Origin: Azonexus sp.
Lineage (GTDB): Bacteria > Pseudomonadota > Gammaproteobacteria > Burkholderiales > Rhodocyclaceae
NCBI GenBank assembly: GCA_041909135.1
Contig: JAYREA010000009.1
Coordinates: 1,837 to 65,836, forward strand
DNA: 64,000 nt
Direction of reading: 5' to 3'
The notes beneath the pieces are model-generated. The model worked only from the letters and a program-made list of their open reading frames with translations. It was not told the DNA's origin and did not search any database. Position numbers and translations under genes: made by a program. Positions 57,300-64,000 of this stretch are shown in pieces (within the stretch, counting starts at the first letter, position 1; the number at the start of each line of letters is the position of its first letter).

Positions 57300-57998
57300 C
57301 TAGGCCAGCTGATGCGCTCGCAATTTCGGCACGCTTGGAATGCAAATGCGCTTGCCATCGACGACGATCAGACCAAGATTGCTCAGATCGTGCAGGATGC
57401 GCGAAAAATGCTCCTGCGTAAGATTGAGGCGGGATGCAATCACGCCCTTGTTGGCGGATAGCTCAAGCACAACCTTGTCTTCGTTTTGCTGGCTCTCGAG
57501 CAGTTCGTGCATCAGGTAACCAATCACCCGCTGCGTGCCGGAATGCAACGAGTAGGCTTCGACATCGGTCATCAGCTGATGCAGGCGCAAGGCCATGCCG
57601 GCCAGCATTTTCCTGACGAAGGCGTGGTCGCCCTCCAGCTCTTCGTAGATCGCCGCCTTTGAAATATGCAGGACCAGCGAATCGCTCAGCGCCTGGGCGA
57701 AGACGAAATAAGGCTTTTCCATGAACATGATGGCCTCACCGAAACTCTGTCCCGGCTGAATGATTTCCACCACCTTCTCGGTTCCCTGGGGCGACGAGAG
57801 CGCCAGTTTCATCTGGCCATAGACCAGCACATGAAAACCGGTCGATGGATCGCCCCGGCGGAACAGGTTTCCCCCCTTGCTAACGCGTATTTCGCGGGTG
57901 CTCTTCGCCAACCGGGCGAGCTCATCCGCAGAAAGACCTTCAAACAAGGGAATACGACTTAAAAGACTGACGACTTGCACCGGCTGATAATCCCGCAC
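57300..57998 (-). CDS. Crp/Fnr-family regulator, Dnr-like (no Fe-S cysteines)
   Basis: FGEAIMF cNMP-fold motif, IASRLNLTQEHFSR HTH; GTG start after AGGAG inferred. Confidence 0.88.
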   Translation of the reverse strand: MRDYQPVQVVSLLSRIPLFEGLSADELARLAKSTREIRVSKGGNLFRRGDPSTGFHVLVYGQMKLALSSPQGTEKVVEIIQPGQSFGEAIMFMEKPYFVFAQALSDSLVLHISKAAIYEELEGDHAFVRKMLAGMALRLHQLMTDVEAYSLHSGTQRVIGYLMHELLESQQNEDKVVLELSANKGVIASRLNLTQEHFSRILHDLSNLGLIVVDGKRICIPSVPKLRAHQLA

Positions 57999-58066
57999 AC
58001 TCTCTCCTTTCGAGGAACTCTGGTTATCGACATCCATCAGGCATGACTCCGGACACATTGTGTATT

Positions 58067-58080
58067 TTGACATGAATCAA
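58067..58080. promoter_or_regulatory. FNR/DNR box upstream of the Dnr-like gene
   Basis: TTGAC-ATGA-ATCAA. Confidence 0.8.
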
Positions 58081-58138
58081 ATCAAGTCATTCCGGCAAGG
58101 ATAACTCAAACCTTCGCACGAGCGGAGATTCAGGCCCT

Positions 58139-58612
58139 TCAGCCTTTGGCGACATTCCAGGCGGGATGCTGGAAGTATTTTCCATACGACTTCAAGGCTT
58201 CAAGCACCTTGACGGCGCCATCGTGGCGTGTCTGTGACGACTTTCCTTCCATGATCTCGGCCCCGGACATCAAATCGGCAATGATCAGATGCAGCATGGC
58301 GTCGGCTTTCGGTTCCAGTTTGCACTGCGCCACCGCGTCGCCCACCCTGGCGCTGATCGTCGCCGCCAGCGCCTGGTAATTCTCGTTTCCGAACTGATTC
58401 TTGTGAATCGCCGGCAAGGCCTTGGCCATGGCTTGATTGATGTCGTTCATGGCCTGACGCAAAGGCGCATCAGTGGCCCATTTCTTCCCGGCATTGAGCT
58501 GGAGTTTCGCCGGCTCGGCAGCGTGATGGTGGTGGTGCGTTTCAGCGGCCTGGATGTTCGATGCAGCGGCAAGAACAAGTGCGACGAGAAAAACTGAAAG
58601 TTTGGTTTTCAT
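58139..58612 (-). CDS. Exported His-rich DnrO-like protein
   Basis: Signal peptide, HHHHH, L.LN.G.KW.TD.PLR..M, C.LEP.AD..LH, Y..YF. Confidence 0.72.
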   Translation of the reverse strand: MKTKLSVFLVALVLAAASNIQAAETHHHHHAAEPAKLQLNAGKKWATDAPLRQAMNDINQAMAKALPAIHKNQFGNENYQALAATISARVGDAVAQCKLEPKADAMLHLIIADLMSGAEIMEGKSSQTRHDGAVKVLEALKSYGKYFQHPAWNVAKG

Positions 58613-58735
58613 TTCGTTTCCTTGGGTGCGTTGAAGAATACCCGAGCACTTTAGTCGGCTAATCTTAAGACAGCCTTAATGGACAGCCTCCTGCCTGGCA
58701 CCCAGCCCACCAAGACCATCATCTTGCCGGCCATG

Positions 58736-59395
58736 TCAGGCAGCCGTTTTACCCCGTTCGGCCAATACCTGGCGGATTGCGCCAGCCAGAATCGACGGAT
58801 CTTCGGCCCCGACGACAACCATTTTCCGGTCGACGACGAAGGTCGGCACCATCGAGATGCCGGCCGCTCGCACTTCCGCCTCCATTGCCCGAACGGTGTC
58901 GACGTCTTCAGTCGACGCCAGGTAATCGGCGACCGTTGCTGCCGGATAACCGCACTCCGCTGCAATGCCGACCAGAACGCCAGGATCGCCAACCGCCTCG
59001 CCGCGCTGGAACTGAGCGACGAACAGGCGCTCGACCAGCCGTTCGGCATCGCCACGCTGCTGCGCCCAGTGGATCAGGCGGTGCGCCTGCAGGGTGTTGG
59101 CTCGTCGCGCTATCTTTTCAAAGGCGTATTCCAGCCCATAGGGTCGCCCGGCAGCGCGGACCCGCTCGAACAGCGCTTCGACCGGCGCCGGCCCGCCAAA
59201 TTTCTTTTCCAGAAACGGCAGGTAGGGCTCGCCCTCGGGCGGCGTATCCGGATTGAGGAAAAACGGCCGCCAGCGTTTCTCGCAGGAAAAATCGGGAATT
59301 TCCTGACGCACCTGGGCAATCGCCAGGTCCAAGCGGCGCAGGCCGATGAAGCACCAGGGACAAACAATGTCGGAAACAATCTCAATGGAAACCAT
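58736..59395 (-). CDS. DsbA/FrnE-family oxidoreductase
   Basis: SDIVCPWCFIG, PFFLNP, NT..AHRL, VPTF. Confidence 0.9.
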   Translation of the reverse strand: MVSIEIVSDIVCPWCFIGLRRLDLAIAQVRQEIPDFSCEKRWRPFFLNPDTPPEGEPYLPFLEKKFGGPAPVEALFERVRAAGRPYGLEYAFEKIARRANTLQAHRLIHWAQQRGDAERLVERLFVAQFQRGEAVGDPGVLVGIAAECGYPAATVADYLASTEDVDTVRAMEAEVRAAGISMVPTFVVDRKMVVVGAEDPSILAGAIRQVLAERGKTAA

Positions 59396-59400
59396 GCTGG

Positions 59401-60504
59401 TCAGTACTCCTGTTTCATTAAGCGGGATGGCACCAGGCGTCGAATCTGAGCGCCAACGACGGTGCGGAATCGCGGGCTGTGCAGGCAAACGCCCCCGGCC
59501 AGACCGACCAGACAACCAAGAACCGTATCGAAAAATCGCGCCTGAATCAGCACGTTTGGCGAAGCATGGCCGAGCGTGCTGGCTTCAACCAGCAGGATGG
59601 TCATCGGCGTAATGAAGATGGCGGCAATCGCGTAGTGGCGGACGATCAGAACCTCGATCAGGAAGGCGAGCATGATCATGACGAACGAGATGCTCCATTT
59701 CTCGAGCGGCAGGCTCAACAACCCCCAGGCCAGCAAAAGACCGACGCCAGTGCCGATCACCCGCTGCAACTGCTTGTTCCAGACGGCGCGCAGCGACATG
59801 CCCTGGATGACAGCCAGACAGCTCACCGGCACCCAGTAGGCCTGCTCCAGTTGCAGCGCCTGGGCCAGCGCCAGAGAGATGCCGACGAAAGCGCCGATGA
59901 TGATCGAGTCGAAGACGACAAAGTCGAAAGTCGCTGGCGGCAGGGGCGTCACCGGCTTGGGTGGCACCCGCCGCAGCATGAAAACGCTGTAGAAAAACGC
60001 GATCAGGCAGGCCAGCAGGCTGCCCATGGTCAGCAGCCCGACCTTGAGCGGAACCTGCATCACTTCGCCGGGCGAGTAGGCGCCGATCGACGCGGCCATG
60101 ATGAAGAAGAGGCTTCCCGGCGGGCTCAGGTTGTAATACCGGCAGAGCATCGTGACCAGAATGGCCGTAAAAGTGAGCACCAGCATCATCAGCGGCGGGA
60201 AGAAATGGCTGATCACCCCGAGGGCATAGCTGGCGATCATGGCGAACGCGCTGGCCATCAGCAAAACCATCCGGTGATACATCGGCGTTTCGGGCAGGTA
60301 GAGGAAAACCAGGCCGCCCAGCGAAGAGATCAGGCCATAGTCCATATGGTCGAAACAGGCGCCGACCAGCAGCGGCAGCCCGGAGGCCAATGCTGCCGCA
60401 AAGGGCATCTGCCAGCGCCGGTCGCTGGCATTGATGGTCGTCAGATGCTGCAATTCGGCTTGCATCAGCATCTTCAATCTTGCCCAGTACGATGAGCGAG
60501 TCAT
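59401..60504 (-). CDS. FUSC-family membrane protein
   Basis: YWVPVSC, R..GT..G, RFFDT..G motifs. Confidence 0.85.
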   Translation of the reverse strand: MTRSSYWARLKMLMQAELQHLTTINASDRRWQMPFAAALASGLPLLVGACFDHMDYGLISSLGGLVFLYLPETPMYHRMVLLMASAFAMIASYALGVISHFFPPLMMLVLTFTAILVTMLCRYYNLSPPGSLFFIMAASIGAYSPGEVMQVPLKVGLLTMGSLLACLIAFFYSVFMLRRVPPKPVTPLPPATFDFVVFDSIIIGAFVGISLALAQALQLEQAYWVPVSCLAVIQGMSLRAVWNKQLQRVIGTGVGLLLAWGLLSLPLEKWSISFVMIMLAFLIEVLIVRHYAIAAIFITPMTILLVEASTLGHASPNVLIQARFFDTVLGCLVGLAGGVCLHSPRFRTVVGAQIRRLVPSRLMKQEY

Positions 60505-60768
60505 GGCCCTGCCTTTGATCGGTGGCGGTTGCTCGCGTCAAAGGCGAGAACGAATTGGACTTATTCTACTGTGAAGCGCCGGAGAGCCGGTTTTGCCAGA
60601 GGTGGCGGCGCGTGCTTTGAGCGAGGAGGAAAACGGACTTGGCTCGATGAGACTGGAATGCCCGCTTTCCAGGAGCGTATCCGAACGTTCAATATCGGCA
60701 CTGCCGTGTTCCTCGATAGCGGACAGTCCTGCACGCTTCAAAGGCACAGGTTTCAAGCAAGGGGGATG

Positions 60769-62073
60769 TCACCCCAGGCGGGCAATGCGAGATGCGGCCT
60801 CGTCAAGGTGTCGGCGTATCGCCTCAATGCACGGCGAGAAGCGGCCGGAGAAAGCATCGCAATCGCTGACCATGACAAAGAATATTTCAGCCAAACGCAA
60901 CGCCTCGCGCCAGGTTTCTCCATCGACCGAAGCAGACAGTGAAGCCGGCGGAAGCGTATCGACGACTGCGCCGCCCCCGCCAGGAGCAAACCCCATGGGC
61001 AGAACATCGTAAGCCGGCGCGAGCTGATACGGGCGACCGTGACGGCTGACAAACGACAGGTTTCCGGCGTGCATGTCGGTGTTGCCGATAAGGGTGCCGA
61101 ATGCCCAAAGCAGTGCAGAGCCGGCGACGGCGTCTGCATGGACATGTCCATCAGCGGCAAGGCGACTTACCAGCGACGGCCAAGGCGCCGAAGCATCACC
61201 GACGAATTCCGCATCGAGAGCGCGCAGAGAGAACACGCCAACGCGGCCTAGCTGACCGATGCGGTCGAATCGCGACACTTCCAGGAATCGCTGACCGCCA
61301 AAATCGAAAATCCCGGATTCGACACCAAGCACCGAAAGAGCCAGATGCTCGGCCAACAGGAGGTCGCGCCATCGCTCGCTAACCGGGTTATCGTCCGGCG
61401 CCGAAAACTTCACCAGCACATGACCGCGCTCCGAGTATGCGCAGAATTTTGGTTGCTCCCCCCCCGCAGAGGAGCCTGGTACCTCGCCAGCGGCGGCGGC
61501 ACGCGCCAACGCCGGATAGTCGGCCATCCGATCAAGGCTGACCGGAAGCGGCATTCCAATAAATCGATCACGCGCCAAATCGCCAATCAGCAGGTTGCCG
61601 ATTGCGTCATGGCCATGGGCATGCAGCGCCCTGATAACTTCTGTGTCGCTCCAATGCTCCGGGTTTGCCGGCAAGCCGAGAGCGGTGGCATAGGTCGAGG
61701 CATAGGCCCGGCCGAGATAGCCCTGCGGCCGCATATCGAACAGCCACCACGGCAGCCCGTCACTATGAAGCGACACGCCGTCCGCCTGCACCATGACAAA
61801 CCCATCCGGGCGAACGGGAACAAGTGCGCCAAGCTCCCGAATCAAGCCCTCGTCGCTAACGCGGAAAATCGGGACCGAGGCGAAGCCACGAGAAGTATCC
61901 CGCAGGGCATAACGAATAGAGGGACCGGCCCCGATTCGTACTACCTCATCACCAAGTACAGCCAGTGCACGCGAAAACGTTGGCTGGCTAATCCCTGTTT
62001 TTTCAATAACTTGACGAGCGGCCACCGGTCCTTTGCCGAGCAGAAGGCGAATTGAATCCGAATGGCGCGACAT
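60769..62073 (-). CDS. yjjJ: HipA-family kinase toxin YjjJ
   Basis: N-terminal HTH (ISQPTFSR), DMRPQGYLGR, GSSAGGEQPKF, RFDR, NTDMH.GN, LAPAYD. Confidence 0.92.
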   Translation of the reverse strand: MSRHSDSIRLLLGKGPVAARQVIEKTGISQPTFSRALAVLGDEVVRIGAGPSIRYALRDTSRGFASVPIFRVSDEGLIRELGALVPVRPDGFVMVQADGVSLHSDGLPWWLFDMRPQGYLGRAYASTYATALGLPANPEHWSDTEVIRALHAHGHDAIGNLLIGDLARDRFIGMPLPVSLDRMADYPALARAAAAGEVPGSSAGGEQPKFCAYSERGHVLVKFSAPDDNPVSERWRDLLLAEHLALSVLGVESGIFDFGGQRFLEVSRFDRIGQLGRVGVFSLRALDAEFVGDASAPWPSLVSRLAADGHVHADAVAGSALLWAFGTLIGNTDMHAGNLSFVSRHGRPYQLAPAYDVLPMGFAPGGGGAVVDTLPPASLSASVDGETWREALRLAEIFFVMVSDCDAFSGRFSPCIEAIRRHLDEAASRIARLG

Positions 62074-62076
62074 GGC

Positions 62077-62112
62077 TATGAATAGATTTATGAATAGATA
62101 GACGAATTGATA
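62077..62112. repeat. Three 12-bp tandem repeats abutting the yjjJ start
   Basis: TATGAATAGATT / TATGAATAGATA / GACGAATTGATA. Confidence 0.65.
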
Positions 62113-62294
62113 TTGTAGTCACGCATTAGCATCCCGTCACTCACTTTTCTGCATCAATCAGTCGGCTGACGCGGCGTGATCGTTTCATTTGGCTGCCGAA
62201 AAGCAGACATGGCTCGAATAGCGAATTCCGCTCTGGCCGATTGCGGAACAGGCAAGGCCATTAACAGTTGCGGCGGCGCTGCCTCAACAAGCCC

Positions 62295-63242
62295 TCAATC
62301 AACCGTTTCAACACATTCCGCAACCCAGCCCAGCGCCTTGATGCAGGCTCTGGCCATGGGCGGGGCCAGCACGTCGTGGCCGGAATTGGTGACGGGAAAC
62401 CAGGTTGCCTCCGGCCAGGCACGGTGCAGCGCTTCGGCGGCGTGGGTTGGATAGAGCGGGTCGGCCACGCCTTGGACGATGGCGGCCGGCAAATGGCGCA
62501 GGTGGTCGACGCCGGCCAGCAATTGGCCCGGGGCGATGAAGCAGTCGTGGTGCAGGTAATGCAACTGCAGGCGCGCCGTCGCCAGCGCCCTATCATCGGG
62601 CCACACCGCCAGTGGCGCCTCGTTGCGCAGGGCTCGCCCGTAGTTCAGCCAGGCCCGGCTGGCCATCTCCGCAGCCTGCGGGTCGGCGCCGAGAATCCGG
62701 CGGGTGTAGGCGGCCAGCAGGTCATCGCGCTCGCTGGCGGGGATGGCGTGGGCAAACTGCTGCCAGGCTTCTGACTGGTCGGCCGGCGCATGCTGAATGA
62801 CCGCTTCGACCTCCTGCCGTGAGCCGAGGAAGATGCCGCACAGCACCATCCCCAAGACGCGTTCGGTAAATAACTGGCTGTAGGCCACGGCGAGCAGGCT
62901 GCCCCAGCCGCCGCCAAAGACGATCCAGTTCGAGATGCCCAGGGCATCGCGCACATGCTCAAAGTCGACCACCAGATCGGGCGTCGTATTGGCCCCCAGC
63001 TCTCCGCTGGGCAGGCTATGTCCGGCCCCGCGCTGGTCGATGCAGATGACGCGAAAACGCCGGGGGTCGAACAGACGGCGGTGTTCGGGCTGGCAGCCAT
63101 GCCCCGGCCCGTCGTGCAGAAACAGGACGGGCAGGCCATCCATTGGGCCGCATTCCTCGACGTGCAGGATATGCCCGTCACCGACGGCCATTTGCCGGAC
63201 GCAACGCGGCCGGCAGGCGGGATACAACGGATCGCCCGCCAA
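62295..63242 (-). CDS. Prolyl aminopeptidase-like alpha/beta hydrolase lacking the catalytic Ser
   Basis: DQRG.G.S.P, NTT, SGH motifs present, but GGSWG reads GGGWG and HGGPG reads HDGPG. Confidence 0.8.
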   Translation of the reverse strand: MAGDPLYPACRPRCVRQMAVGDGHILHVEECGPMDGLPVLFLHDGPGHGCQPEHRRLFDPRRFRVICIDQRGAGHSLPSGELGANTTPDLVVDFEHVRDALGISNWIVFGGGWGSLLAVAYSQLFTERVLGMVLCGIFLGSRQEVEAVIQHAPADQSEAWQQFAHAIPASERDDLLAAYTRRILGADPQAAEMASRAWLNYGRALRNEAPLAVWPDDRALATARLQLHYLHHDCFIAPGQLLAGVDHLRHLPAAIVQGVADPLYPTHAAEALHRAWPEATWFPVTNSGHDVLAPPMARACIKALGWVAECVETVD

Positions 63243-63890
63243 TCAGGCCTCGAGCAGCCCGTTGCGGACAGCGACCAGCGTCAGCTCGGCCGCATTCTGC
63301 GCATTGAGCTTCTGCTTGATGTGGTAAAGATGCGTGCCCACGGTGCTCGGGCTGAGGCAGAAGTCCTCGGCGACTTCATTGACGCTGCGGCCGCCGGCCA
63401 GCTTGAGGAAAACTGCCAGCTCCTTCTCGGTCAGCGTTTCGACCGGATTGGCCGAACCGGAAAGCTGGGAAAGGGCCACTGCCTGGGCCAGCTCCGGATC
63501 GATATAACGCTGATCGGCGGCGACCTGGCCCACCGCGCGCAGGAATTCATCGGGGGAGGCCCGTTTGCACAGATAACCCCGGGCTCCGAGGCGCAGGGCG
63601 CGAATCGGCACGATGTCATCGTTGTGGGCCGAAAGCATCAGCACCCTCGCCTTCGCCTCCCAGATCATCAGGCGTTCGAGCGCCGCCAGGCCGCCGATGC
63701 CGGGCATCGAGACATCCATCACCACGACATCGGGATTGGTTTCGGCGTACAGGCGAACCGCACTTTCGCCATTCTCGGCCTCACCCACCACCGTCGCCCC
63801 GGCCCCTTCGAGCAGCAGACGGAAACCGAGACGAACGACCGCGTGGTCATCGGCGAGCAGGATGCGCTTGCCTTGCAGAGACTTGTTCAT
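63243..63890 (-). CDS. NarL/LuxR-family response regulator
   Basis: ADDH, MDVSMPG phosphoacceptor, LTEKE...LSPSTV.TH...IKQKL HTH. Confidence 0.94.
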   Translation of the reverse strand: MNKSLQGKRILLADDHAVVRLGFRLLLEGAGATVVGEAENGESAVRLYAETNPDVVVMDVSMPGIGGLAALERLMIWEAKARVLMLSAHNDDIVPIRALRLGARGYLCKRASPDEFLRAVGQVAADQRYIDPELAQAVALSQLSGSANPVETLTEKELAVFLKLAGGRSVNEVAEDFCLSPSTVGTHLYHIKQKLNAQNAAELTLVAVRNGLLEA

Positions 63891-64000
63891 GCGAATTCCT
63901 CCTGAAGATGCAGGGAATGACTGTCCGGTAAGCGGACATCGATGCGAAAGCCCGGCTCGGCCCGGCCGGATAGGTGCAGATGGCCGCCGAGCGCCGCCAC
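63887..64000 (-). CDS. Sensor histidine kinase, C-terminal fragment (gene starts beyond the window)
   Basis: VAALGGHLHLSGRAEPGFRIDVRLP...* is a HATPase_c tail; its stop overlaps the regulator ATG. Confidence 0.75.
   Translation of the reverse strand: MAALGGHLHLSGRAEPGFRIDVRLPDSHSLHLQEEFA

Noticed and set aside
60538-60756. 72-aa ORF between yjjJ and the FUSC gene as a possible antitoxin
   Set aside because: Ser-rich, no HTH or other motif, TTG start without a clear RBS.

Overview
GC-rich betaproteobacterial chromosome, Rhodocyclales/Dechloromonas-like by gene content (an inference, not a search result). The window is dominated by iron and low-oxygen physiology. (1) A Fur-box-headed cluster at 5.7-14.8 kb: three uncharacterised small ORFs, a DUF2325 protein, hemP, tonB-exbB-exbD and ftrA-porin-ftrBCD. 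(2) An accessory, defence-like patch at 14.9-20.7 kb: NERD nuclease-SF1 helicase, two AT-rich genes (one with an FRG domain), an LRR/Zn-ribbon protein, a HEPN/MNT pair and palindromic repeats. (3) Housekeeping singletons. (4) feoB-feoA, a ccoG/norEF-like/MocR module, two complementary bacterioferritins, bfd and a TBDR-futA-DUF1513 operon. (5) A hemN...copA...copZ-selD run divergent from fnr, a porin, a YncD-like TBDR, tRNA-Gly and tRNA-Asn, a Dnr-like regulator, yjjJ and a two-component system. The strongest unexplained signal is a paired 11-nt direct repeat (GCCAGCCAGCC). It lies on the sense strand in the leaders of five different iron genes, covering both uptake and storage, which suggests a post-transcriptional iron regulon possibly read by HemP. 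All family calls come from motif recognition by eye; no database searches were run.
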